From the IMG/VR virus record IMGVR_UViG_3300042453_001906: a DNA stretch of 64,000 nt; one strand, given 5' to 3'. This stretch comes from an uncultured virus (IMG/VR IMGVR_UViG_3300042453_001906) (taxonomy: Duplodnaviria > Heunggongvirae > Uroviricota > Caudoviricetes). Every line of letters begins with the position of its first letter. The first letter of the stretch is position 1. Both the position numbers and the translations under genes were made by a program. The notes under the pieces were generated by a model. It saw only the letters and a list, made by a program, of their open reading frames with translations. It searched no databases and was not told the origin of the DNA. Below are positions 1 through 8,266 of this stretch, piece by piece.

Positions 1-954
1 GTGTTCAATGTCACTCCCAAAGTGAACTATACTGAGGCAGACATTGATCGAAATCATCCATCCGAAGGCTTGAACGCAAAACTGAAACTGGCGTTGAAGC
101 ATTTCAAGACTCTGCGGATCGGAACAGTGCTACAAGGCGACTTGCTGTTTGACAGCGAGTCTATCAAGCGCGAAACCATTGACGGCAAGCGATACATCAC
201 ATTCCAACCCAACACAATAAAATACGCAGTTGATCCCAATTCTGATTTGGGAAAACGAATATCGTCTGCAAAAATCGGAATCGTGTTTCACACGGAATAC
301 GGCGGAAAATCCATTGCTGACCTGAAGGTTGTCCAGTTCAATCCTAGCCTAGCGGGTCTGGCGAAAAGCAGAAGCGTGTGGTACGACAATGCCACATACC
401 GTTTTTCTCGGGGTGATGGATTGTTCACGGCAAAGGACATTGCACAGATCAGTTCACAGATCGACAGTCTGATCCGTGAGGGTATTGAACTGAAGTCCGT
501 GATGAATGCCGTGGCAAAAAACACGGCTCTCGTTGCCGAGATCAAGATGTATTTCAACAGCATAATCCGTGCGGGGCGGGAACTAGGAGACACCAACGAA
601 CTGCTTGCCTTCGTGTCTGCCAAAGTGCAGGAGAAGCGCAAGAAACTTAAGTCAAAGGTTCCTACAAAGAGTCCTACCCCTACACTGGATTACATTCGGA
701 ACAACCGTAACCAAATCAATCGGTTGTTCGCACTACATAATCGGGTAGCCCTGCTAAAGAAGCATGTGCTGTCAAAACTGTCGAACCTGACCACGGAGTT
801 CGGTACTTTCGTGCAAAAGGGTGACAAGTATGTGGCAACGGTTCCCGAAGGATTCGTTGCAATCGACCGTCTGAGCAACGATGCAGTCAAATTGGTTGAT
901 CGCATCGAATTCTCAAAGGCTAATTTCACGATTTCCAAATCGTGGAAACAGTAA
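1..954 (+). CDS. Conserved T4-like phage protein (DUF6267-like), probably 5'-truncated by the window; possible ligase-fold nucleotidyltransferase
   Basis: FQPNTIKYAV, KIGIVFHTEY and C-terminal PEGFVA..VKLVDRIEFSKANF motifs typical of the protein found upstream of the phage cytidyltransferase. Confidence 0.6.
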   Translation: MFNVTPKVNYTEADIDRNHPSEGLNAKLKLALKHFKTLRIGTVLQGDLLFDSESIKRETIDGKRYITFQPNTIKYAVDPNSDLGKRISSAKIGIVFHTEYGGKSIADLKVVQFNPSLAGLAKSRSVWYDNATYRFSRGDGLFTAKDIAQISSQIDSLIREGIELKSVMNAVAKNTALVAEIKMYFNSIIRAGRELGDTNELLAFVSAKVQEKRKKLKSKVPTKSPTPTLDYIRNNRNQINRLFALHNRVALLKKHVLSKLSNLTTEFGTFVQKGDKYVATVPEGFVAIDRLSNDAVKLVDRIEFSKANFTISKSWKQ

Positions 955-996
955 AGAGTTGGTGTACTTGAAGTGCATTGCGGGAGGTGATCCAAA

Positions 997-2280
997 GTGG
1001 CTAAGTCTTTAAAAGATACACGACGAAGCAAAACCATTGTGGTCGCTTTCGGTCGTTTTCAGCCACCAACTTCAGGACACCAACTCTTGTTCAACAAGGT
1101 GGTGGAAACGGCAAAGCGGATGGGTGCTGAACACGCGATTGGATTCAGTCGCAGCCAAGACCCGAAGAAGAATCCGTTGTCACCATCTCGTAAGTACTTC
1201 TGGCTTAAACGCCTGTTTCCGGGGGTCAACTTTTTGAATTCGGAGGACATTCGGACACCGTTTGATTTGTTGTATTATCTTGCAGACAAAGGCTACGACC
1301 ATGTTGTGTTTGTCGGGGGAGAAGACCGCAGCAGCGACTACGATGACCGCGTGATTGGCAAACTGATGAAGCACTCCGATCCAGACAAAAGACTGAATCT
1401 GAAGCGATACGATTTTGTCATGGCAGGAAAGCGGGACGCAAAAGCAACCGGAGTAAAGGGCATGAGCGCAAGCAAGATGCGCGAAGCCGTTGCCAACGGC
1501 GACACCAAGACATTCGCCAGTGGTATGCCTGAAAACGCTGGCAAGGACGACATCAAGCGATTGTTTGATGAAATCAAGCGTGGTATGCGTGGCAGCATGA
1601 AAGAAGAAATAGACCTGAGTGAATTGTACCACACTGCGGCAGAGCATCTGCTTGAAAGCGACAAGCACAAGCGGCGACCGCCCACACCGGGTCAAACAGG
1701 CGGATTTTCCAAACACAACACGCAGTTCCCCACACCGCCGTGCAAGATTGACGAGGATTTGCGTGATTGGTTTGCTCAGAAGTGGGTGAACATCGGCGGC
1801 AAGAAAGACCCCAAGACAGGGGAGTATCCTCCCTGCGGTCGCAAGAGTGCAAACGCAAAGGGCCCATATCCAAAATGCCGTCCGCTGCATCGGGTTGGCA
1901 AGACACCGGAAACCGTTGGGGAGATGACACCCAAGGAGCGCAAGGCAGCAGTGCGGCAGAAACGCCGCGCAGAAGGCAAGACACCTCGCAAGGGCAAGGG
2001 AAATACGCCCATCAAGGTGTCACACAAGTCTCTGGACGAAAACGCATCATGCCCACGGAATCCTCGCGGATCGGCAGAGGACACATGGGTAGGAGTAAAA
2101 GGCGGAAAGGTGTATTTCTACATTGGTAGATGTTCGCAGCCATATCAAATATTTGGCAATGACGCGGTTTCTGCCATTCGTTACGGCGAAGAAATCTATG
2201 TAACTCTCCGAAACGGCAAGACCGCAATTTACAAAATCAACAACGGCAGGACGGTGTTTGGGCCTGTCCGCATGATCTGA
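997..2280 (+). CDS. HIGH-motif (cytidylyltransferase-like) nucleotidyltransferase with C-terminal basic modules
   Basis: FGRFQPPTSGH, VGGEDR, GMSASKMR motifs; C-terminal LRDWFAQKW..YPPCGR..YPKCRP module; GGAGG SD upstream. Confidence 0.8.
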   Translation: MAKSLKDTRRSKTIVVAFGRFQPPTSGHQLLFNKVVETAKRMGAEHAIGFSRSQDPKKNPLSPSRKYFWLKRLFPGVNFLNSEDIRTPFDLLYYLADKGYDHVVFVGGEDRSSDYDDRVIGKLMKHSDPDKRLNLKRYDFVMAGKRDAKATGVKGMSASKMREAVANGDTKTFASGMPENAGKDDIKRLFDEIKRGMRGSMKEEIDLSELYHTAAEHLLESDKHKRRPPTPGQTGGFSKHNTQFPTPPCKIDEDLRDWFAQKWVNIGGKKDPKTGEYPPCGRKSANAKGPYPKCRPLHRVGKTPETVGEMTPKERKAAVRQKRRAEGKTPRKGKGNTPIKVSHKSLDENASCPRNPRGSAEDTWVGVKGGKVYFYIGRCSQPYQIFGNDAVSAIRYGEEIYVTLRNGKTAIYKINNGRTVFGPVRMI

Positions 2281-2298
2281 CTGACAATATTTCAGGGT

Positions 2299-2305
2299 CT
2301 AAATA
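2299..2305 (+). promoter_or_regulatory. Putative gp55 late promoter (CTAAATA)
   Basis: Variant of T4 TATAAATA in the intergenic gap before 2337; motif recurs across the window. Confidence 0.6.
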
Positions 2306-2336
2306 CAATAAAGACCCTTTTCAAAGGAATCGCTGC

Positions 2337-3359
2337 ATGGATACTGCTATCAAGTCCAAACTGCAAACTCTTCTACGCATGGGTTTGGTGTCTCCCACCA
2401 ATGTGCGCCGTGCCGTGACCATGTTCCAAGACCCGGAACGCTATGCCAAGAGTCCTGCGTATCGAACACTCATGCAGGAAATCCTTGTGGACATCATGGA
2501 CAAGATTGTGAACAACCGGGTCATTTACACCGCGCTTCGTTCCACTCTTGGGCGAGAAGCATCCGAAAAGAAAACACAGAATGTGGCACAGCATCAGATG
2601 GTAGCAGGACTTGGTGAAGCCGTTGAAACAGACCGGACGAATGTTCTGCTCCGCAGCGGCATCGTGGACAAGTCACAGATCACCGCTGCTCGAAAGGCAC
2701 TCAAGTCCAAGAGCAACATGAAAAGCATGAGCATGGGCAAGGTGTACCGCGAAATGATGATAGACATGCTTGACTCTATGGTAAAAAAGATCACAGGCAG
2801 TCCTGCTCTGTTCAACGCATTCAAATACACGATGGGCAAGGAAACCGTGGAAGAGTCATTCGATGGTGAGGGAATTGACGCGGAACTCATTGCACTGGTC
2901 GGTCTTCACGAAGATGCTCAGGAAATTCTTGAAGCCAACAAGCCCACGAAGCCGGAACTGTGGTCAAAGGCAAAGAGCCTTGCCCGTAGCAAGTTCAAGG
3001 TATATCCGTCTGCCTACGCAAATGGTTGGGCAGTGAAGTGGTACAACTCCAAGGGCGGTGGATGGAAGAGCGTCAGCGAAGGCAAGTCGTTCTTTGATTT
3101 CAGCAAGAATGTTGACGAGGCATGGGAAGGCTCTCCGGCTCAAGCCAAACTAAAGAAAGCCAAGGCTGATTACGCTGCACACGCTGCCGAAATCAAGAAG
3201 CCTGTTCCCCCTGCCCGTGGTTCTACCCACCCGATGGCACGACAGGACACCAAGAGCGGAAAGATGTATTGGGCAGCGGATCGGCGCAAGAAGGCAGGAA
3301 CCGGAACACGCCGCGCCAGTGATGTATCAAACGAAAGATCAGGTTCGGTCAGCGAGTAA
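2337..3359 (+). CDS. Probable head-internal protein; two ~70-aa internal repeats plus a KFKVYPSAYANGW module
   Basis: 340-aa ORF with SD; repeated hydrophobic-X-E junctions; late promoter upstream. Confidence 0.55.
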   Translation: MDTAIKSKLQTLLRMGLVSPTNVRRAVTMFQDPERYAKSPAYRTLMQEILVDIMDKIVNNRVIYTALRSTLGREASEKKTQNVAQHQMVAGLGEAVETDRTNVLLRSGIVDKSQITAARKALKSKSNMKSMSMGKVYREMMIDMLDSMVKKITGSPALFNAFKYTMGKETVEESFDGEGIDAELIALVGLHEDAQEILEANKPTKPELWSKAKSLARSKFKVYPSAYANGWAVKWYNSKGGGWKSVSEGKSFFDFSKNVDEAWEGSPAQAKLKKAKADYAAHAAEIKKPVPPARGSTHPMARQDTKSGKMYWAADRRKKAGTGTRRASDVSNERSGSVSE

Positions 3360-3378
3360 ATCTGAAAAGGGAAGACAC

Positions 3379-4935
3379 ATGAAAGACAACAAGACATTCA
3401 AAGCATTCCGCAACACCCTGAACGAGAGCGAGTACTCCGAAGTTCTTACTGGCTACGGATACCGTTCAGCACACAAAGACGGACCTGGTCTGCATCACCT
3501 TCAGTCTGCTGGTGCGCTTGCAGGGATCAATTCCATGCTGTCTACCATTTCCCGTGGTACATACCTTGATCCCAACGAAGCCCTGCTGAAGATGAAGGTG
3601 CGTCTGAATGTGGTTCAACTGGACTTTGATTGGCGACCGGGGATGATCCCGCAGGGGGTTGGTTCCTACGATTTTGTTGTACGGCAGTTTGGTCGTGTTG
3701 ATGGTTATGATGCGTTTACCGGAGGCATCCGGTTTGACGGAAAGGCTAATCCAACAGGTGGCTACACCGAACTAAACCTTCATGTTGATGTGGAACTGAA
3801 TCCTGATTCACTGTATGTGATAACCGCAAAACTCGCTCCCCGTGTTGAAGTGGTTCCCGAGGGCGTGGAAGAGGACGGCAATGCGGTCACCGAAGACTAC
3901 CAAACCGATGCCCGTGAAACGGAAATGAAGAAGAAGATTGCCAAGCACGATGATGTGGCTCAACGCGCCTATCAGCGGCGCATGACGGGCACACCCAAGC
4001 AGGCTAGACGAGCAGGAAAAGTTGAGGGCAAGCACGACAAGGCAATCACCCGCCTGCTGAAGCAGGACGAAAAGGAGCAGAACTCGCCCCGCACCTACGG
4101 TCGCGGTGGCAAACTGGTCAAGCGTGGCAGTCGCCATGAGGTGAAAGAAGGCGTGGAGCAGATTGAAGAAATGCACAAGCCCGGAGATACCGTCAAGGTT
4201 CCCCACAAGGGCAAGATGGTGCGGGGCAAGATCGTGCGCCACGACAGCGGTGGCAGCGGCAAGGCAGCGCAGCACGGTGGCGGCTATGTGGTTGATGTTG
4301 GCGAGTACAGCAGCATCACCGTTCCCCATCACAAGATCGTGAAGGAAGAGTGGAAGTCTCTCAAGAAGACCAAAGCCGACTTGAATGCCATTCGTGCAAG
4401 CGGCAAGAAGGTAAGCGTTCAGCACGGCGAAGGCGATACCCTGTACCGCGTTTCCAAAGCCAAGAAGTCTGTCAAGGAAGAAGCGGAGCAGATTGACGAA
4501 TTGAGCAAGGCAACAAAGGACGCATATGTTGCCAAGCGTGGTTCACAACTGTCGTCCATGTTGAGCGGACACAAGCGCGGCAAGCAACTCACTGGCAAGC
4601 AGCAAGCCAATGCCGTGAAGGGCATCAAGCAGGCTATGGGTGTACAGGAAGCACTTGTTGGCGGTCAGAAGCGGCTTGATGTAAACAAGAACAAGAAACT
4701 GGACGCACAGGACTTTGCCCTGCTCCGTGCCAAGAAGAAGCCCGTGCAGGAAGAGGCTGTGAGCGAAGCCAAGATGAAACAGTGGACTCCTCGCTTGGAC
4801 AAACTCTTTGGCAGCAGCCGTGACGCTGTTCGCAGCAAGCCAAAGAAGATGATTTCGGTAAACAAGATCAAGGACGGCAAGAAGGTGTCAAGCAAACTCA
4901 TTCCTGCTTACACTCCGAAAAAGCCAACGAAGTAG
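3379..4935 (+). CDS. Probable modular head-internal polyprotein (Lys-rich)
   Basis: ATG at 3379 after AAGGGAAG; KTFKAFRNTLNE N-terminus; many V/I/L-X-E sites; QIDELSK and LDVNKNKKLDAQDF modules. Confidence 0.6.
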   Translation: MKDNKTFKAFRNTLNESEYSEVLTGYGYRSAHKDGPGLHHLQSAGALAGINSMLSTISRGTYLDPNEALLKMKVRLNVVQLDFDWRPGMIPQGVGSYDFVVRQFGRVDGYDAFTGGIRFDGKANPTGGYTELNLHVDVELNPDSLYVITAKLAPRVEVVPEGVEEDGNAVTEDYQTDARETEMKKKIAKHDDVAQRAYQRRMTGTPKQARRAGKVEGKHDKAITRLLKQDEKEQNSPRTYGRGGKLVKRGSRHEVKEGVEQIEEMHKPGDTVKVPHKGKMVRGKIVRHDSGGSGKAAQHGGGYVVDVGEYSSITVPHHKIVKEEWKSLKKTKADLNAIRASGKKVSVQHGEGDTLYRVSKAKKSVKEEAEQIDELSKATKDAYVAKRGSQLSSMLSGHKRGKQLTGKQQANAVKGIKQAMGVQEALVGGQKRLDVNKNKKLDAQDFALLRAKKKPVQEEAVSEAKMKQWTPRLDKLFGSSRDAVRSKPKKMISVNKIKDGKKVSSKLIPAYTPKKPTK

Positions 4936-4938
4936 GTC

Positions 4939-5112
4939 GTGAAGGGATTTGCCGACTATCTTTTCTACAAGAAAACCAATGAAGACATTTTCATTGGTCA
5001 GGGCACTCATCTCCAAGATCCTATTCCCGGAACACAGATAAAGGACACAGACTTGCCTCCCAAGGAAAAGCAAAACAAGTTTAAAAAGAAGAACACTCAA
5101 CGCCCCAAGTGA
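4939..5112 (+). CDS. Small basic protein, 57 aa (MKGFADYLFYKKTNED...), not in ORF track
   Basis: GTG..TGA open frame fills the gap; N-terminus resembles T4 capsid-targeting sequences. Confidence 0.5.
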   Translation: MKGFADYLFYKKTNEDIFIGQGTHLQDPIPGTQIKDTDLPPKEKQNKFKKKNTQRPK

Positions 5113-5127
5113 ATTCTGGTTTTCGTC

Positions 5128-5511
5128 ATGGACTTCAAAAAACTCAACCGCGATAATTTCATGCTGTACGCTATGGGGCAATACACAAACCCCGAGTGCG
5201 AAAGCATTGTTGAGTTTCAGGAAGACATGAACCGCATCAAATATGTGAAGCGGCTTCTGAAAAAATACAATCGAACAGGCAAGATACGCCCCATACTACT
5301 GCTCAACCACCTGATGGTGCTTGGGAATGTGTTTACTCCCCGAGTAGCGTCCCGTCTTCTATTTTTCAAACTAGATGAAACCCTCCACCCGCCTCTGAAA
5401 ACCGCGCTTCTCTATTTGAACTACATAGGAGAAGGAATGGTATTGGACGAACGGAACATGGACAGCATTCCATTGGACGGACGGCTGGCTGAGGCTCTGC
5501 GGAGCCTTTAA
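5128..5511 (+). CDS. Conserved T4-like hypothetical protein
   Basis: NFMLYAM..YTNPEC..EFQEDMNRIKYVKRLL..LLLNHL motif common in cyanophage-like genomes. Confidence 0.7.
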   Translation: MDFKKLNRDNFMLYAMGQYTNPECESIVEFQEDMNRIKYVKRLLKKYNRTGKIRPILLLNHLMVLGNVFTPRVASRLLFFKLDETLHPPLKTALLYLNYIGEGMVLDERNMDSIPLDGRLAEALRSL

Positions 5512-5520
5512 GGAGGCTTT

Positions 5521-5712
5521 ATGGGCAAACTGAAGCGTTTCAGCACATTCGTGGAGCAAGAAGGCGGCGGCACAGGACTGCCCACATCTGCCCCGACCAA
5601 TGTGGTGGGCAATCAAAAAATAGCGGGACTTGGATCAGACATTCCACCCGTGCCAGCAAAAAACAAACTAACCAAATCAAATATCAGACGGCGTAGGCTT
5701 CCTCGTACCTAA
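5521..5712 (+). CDS. Small probable internal head protein
   Basis: AGGAGG SD; KLKRFSTFVEQE start; APTN..IAGLG motif; basic C-terminus. Confidence 0.6.
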   Translation: MGKLKRFSTFVEQEGGGTGLPTSAPTNVVGNQKIAGLGSDIPPVPAKNKLTKSNIRRRRLPRT

Positions 5713-5715
5713 ATA
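5709..5715 (+). promoter_or_regulatory. Putative late promoter (CTAAATA)
   Basis: Overlaps a stop codon, ~40 nt upstream of the membrane-protein pair. Confidence 0.55.
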
Positions 5716-5756
5716 ATAAAGGTGTAGATGAACACCTCTAGAAAGGAAGTGCGTTG

Positions 5757-6194
5757 ATGTTTACCCCTGAATTGATCTCGTTGATTGGCGGTGGTGCTAC
5801 AGGATTCCTGTTCCGCTACATGGCACAGAAGTCGCAGGATCAAAAAGAAATATTCGAACGACTGATTGCTGCGAACAAACAGACCACCGAAAACCAAGAC
5901 AAAGCAGTAAAGCGCGTACCCATTGATGTGGGTCGCGGTGTGCGTCAGGTCATCGTGCTGTCCATACTGTTTGGTACATTCCTTGCACCATTCATCCTGC
6001 CGTTCTTCGGCTTGCCCACATTCGTTGAAGTGGATGCCACGACACCGGAGGGCTTGTTCGGACTGATCCCGCAAAGCACCAAGAAATTCTTTGTTGAGAT
6101 AAACGGATACCTGTTCACATCCGAGAATCGACAAATCTTGTTGAGCATCGTGGGATTCTACTTTGGTTCTGCTGCGGCATCCAACAAGTCATAA
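5757..6194 (+). CDS. Membrane protein, putative holin
   Basis: About three hydrophobic segments; C-terminal IVGFYFGS motif seen in 3TM holin-like proteins. Confidence 0.45.
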   Translation: MFTPELISLIGGGATGFLFRYMAQKSQDQKEIFERLIAANKQTTENQDKAVKRVPIDVGRGVRQVIVLSILFGTFLAPFILPFFGLPTFVEVDATTPEGLFGLIPQSTKKFFVEINGYLFTSENRQILLSIVGFYFGSAAASNKS

Positions 6195-6203
6195 GGAGTC
6201 AAC

Positions 6204-6524
6204 ATGAAACTTGCATACGCACTATTGGCTACGCTGATCTTGGCTGCTTGCAACACCTCACCGCAAATTGTTCCTGATACCACTGGTGAAAGCGTGTTGA
6301 TGAAACGGCTGAACCATCAGATTTCCACGGGAGATGGCAGCACGGTAAATTGGGGATGGATTCTTTGGTACTTCCCCATAGTGATTCTCGTGTTTGCGTG
6401 GGCATGGAAGGAATGGGTTCGCCCGTCCATCAACGCTCTGGAGAACGAGGACATCGACAAACGAAAGCAGAACGGGCTTGCTCCTGCCGAACCGGAGGAG
6501 CCACGGCAAACCGATCAGTCCTGA
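6204..6524 (+). CDS. Lipoprotein with a second TM helix (possible unimolecular spanin)
   Basis: Lipobox LAAC at residues 13-16; TM WGWILWYFPIVILVFAWAW; AGGAG SD. Confidence 0.45.
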   Translation: MKLAYALLATLILAACNTSPQIVPDTTGESVLMKRLNHQISTGDGSTVNWGWILWYFPIVILVFAWAWKEWVRPSINALENEDIDKRKQNGLAPAEPEEPRQTDQS

Positions 6525-7084
6525 TCGCTGCCCTTCAGGTTTTCGTACATCTTCTTGCAGATGAAATACGAGTCCACGATGTCTGACACAGGACTCACGC
6601 ACTCCTGACGCTTCGGTGTCAGGAGTGCTTTCAAATCCACACCCGTATCGTTCAGCCACGCTGCGTACATCCCGTTCTTGTCGGAGTTGCCTTTGCCCGT
6701 GGCATATTTTTTTACTTCGGTGGGCGGTATCACGGTTACGGGTATGCTCAACTGATACAGTTTGTATTTAAGAATGCCCGTGTTCTCCGCAATGTGGAAA
6801 ACCTTGCCTTGTGCGCCGTAGGCATAGCCTTCCAGTGCCACATGAGAACACCCCATCACAATGTCCACTGCCCAATCCGCAAGTGTTTCATACCGCTCTT
6901 GGTCGTTGTCCCAATCGCTTAACCGCTCACCAAAAATATTCAGGGTTCTAATTTCTGATTGTCGCTTGTTGTCTGTCAAAAAATAAAATGAACAACCACT
7001 GTACGAGAATTTTCCCGTTGCGTTTTCGCGGAACAAGCAGATTGCAGGCCCACAAAGAGAATAGTCAATCCCTGCTATAACCAT
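6515..7084 (-). CDS. RuvC-like Holliday junction resolvase
   Basis: IAGIDYS, VALEGYAY, PTEVKKYATGKGNSDK, DIVDSY catalytic motifs. Confidence 0.8.
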   Translation of the reverse strand: MVIAGIDYSLCGPAICLFRENATGKFSYSGCSFYFLTDNKRQSEIRTLNIFGERLSDWDNDQERYETLADWAVDIVMGCSHVALEGYAYGAQGKVFHIAENTGILKYKLYQLSIPVTVIPPTEVKKYATGKGNSDKNGMYAAWLNDTGVDLKALLTPKRQECVSPVSDIVDSYFICKKMYENLKGSDQD

Positions 7085-7089
7085 ACAAG

Positions 7090-7113
7090 TATGTATGGAA
7101 AGTGTGCTAAATA
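7090..7113. promoter_or_regulatory. Back-to-back putative late promoters: ATACATA (-, 7090-7096) and CTAAATA (+, 7107-7113)
   Basis: Both heptamers lie in the 49-nt gap between divergent genes. Confidence 0.55.
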
Positions 7114-7133
7114 GAGGGAAAGGAGGACTCAAA

Positions 7134-7307
7134 ATGAGTACCGAAAATTACAATGAAACTGTTCTGCTACCGCTGCTTGAGAAGAAGGTTCACGAACTTA
7201 CTTCAGCCCTGATCTTGGCTGAAGCGCAACTTCAGATTGCCCTGAAGCAAAAGGCTGAACTTCAGAAGAAGGTTGATTCATCTGAAGTTGCTGGCGAAGT
7301 AGGGTAA
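7134..7307 (+). CDS. Small coiled-coil hypothetical protein
   Basis: GGAGGA SD before ATG 7134; heptad pattern. Confidence 0.6.
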   Translation: MSTENYNETVLLPLLEKKVHELTSALILAEAQLQIALKQKAELQKKVDSSEVAGEVG

Positions 7308-7394
7308 TCAAAACCCGAACGCTCTAGCCAAAAGAATTCCCACAAGGAAAGAACACGCACAGACCAAGACTTTTTGAAGTCGGTTTAGTCGCAT
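7308..7394 (-). CDS. 28-aa single-TM peptide (MRLNRLQKVLVCACSFLVGILLARAFGF), not in ORF track
   Basis: GGAGGA SD upstream of ATG; overlaps the protease stop; fills the gap. Confidence 0.45.
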   Translation of the reverse strand: MRLNRLQKVLVCACSFLVGILLARAFGF

Positions 7395-8158
7395 ATTTCC
7401 TCCACGGTTTGGTGTATCCACCCGATCACCAAGTCCATGCGAACAACGGAATTCTCAAAAAGGCAACCATCATAAATCCCGAGGGACGAAATCACCCCAA
7501 CAATTTCACCCTCGGGATTTATCATTGGGCCACCGGAGTCACCAAACCACACCGTGCCGTCCGTGACGAGCATTTTGAACACCCACGGCTCTTCCACAAG
7601 TGTTCCATAGTAGCGGAACACACCGTTGTCGCTGCGCTTTTTTGTGCCACCTCCGTACCCAACGGCAGTAAGAGGATCCATGCGAGTGTATGTGTACGAG
7701 TCGGAAACGGGTTTCATGGGTTCTATGTCCGAACAGTCTTCCAAGAAGACCAGTGCCACATCAAACACCCACATGTCTGCCAACAGGCATTTGGGGTGCG
7801 ATATTACGAACCGGACAGGATGTTCCACCCCTCCTGCGGTAAAAGACACTATGGTGCGATTTTCCACACAGTGAGCGGCAGTAAGTGCCACCCTTGGGTG
7901 GATGAGGGTTGCGCTGCCGATCATGCGGTCATTGCGGTCGGAGATGAAACCCACGGCAGGCATTTGGGTTTCCTCCAATAGCGAGAAACCCCTCAAGAAA
8001 AACGGCTCTTCTTGAGGGGCTTCTGCTACTGGTTTGTTTTCCTCGCACTTAGGCGAGGGTGCGCTCTTCGGCGCAACGGCAGTGATGTCCCACGCACAGG
8101 CTTGCAGCAAGACGAGTGCAAGAGCCAGCAGAAGAGAATGGGGACTACCTCTCTTCAT
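7385..8158 (-). CDS. Trypsin-like (S1) serine protease, predicted lipoprotein
   Basis: LTAAHC, DVAL and GDSGGP triad motifs; signal peptide ending LQAC. Confidence 0.85.
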   Translation of the reverse strand: MKRGSPHSLLLALALVLLQACAWDITAVAPKSAPSPKCEENKPVAEAPQEEPFFLRGFSLLEETQMPAVGFISDRNDRMIGSATLIHPRVALTAAHCVENRTIVSFTAGGVEHPVRFVISHPKCLLADMWVFDVALVFLEDCSDIEPMKPVSDSYTYTRMDPLTAVGYGGGTKKRSDNGVFRYYGTLVEEPWVFKMLVTDGTVWFGDSGGPMINPEGEIVGVISSLGIYDGCLFENSVVRMDLVIGWIHQTVEEICD

Positions 8159-8163
8159 ACCAA

Positions 8164-8170
8164 TATTTAG
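8164..8170 (-). promoter_or_regulatory. Putative late promoter (CTAAATA), 5 nt before ATG
   Basis: Motif match; no room for an SD. Confidence 0.55.
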
Positions 8171-8204
8171 CGGGGTTCCGGGACCAAAAATTCACAGATT
8201 TATG

Positions 8205-8240
8205 AAAAGAAACAACCCCCTGACGGGGGCTGCTCTTTTG
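8205..8240. terminator. Intrinsic terminator downstream of nrdJ
   Basis: CCCCC-TGAC-GGGGG hairpin with extendable stem and T-rich tracts on both strands. Confidence 0.65.
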
Positions 8241-8266
8241 ACGGTGACAATTACAATCCCGTCTTT

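Noticed and set aside
3217..3378. Extended N-termini given in the ORF track (here and for 7132, 26025, 37061, 45304, 49041, 49766, 61903)
   Set aside because: They overlap neighbouring genes or promoters; downstream ATGs with an SD, coupled stop/start overlap or adjacent promoter fit better
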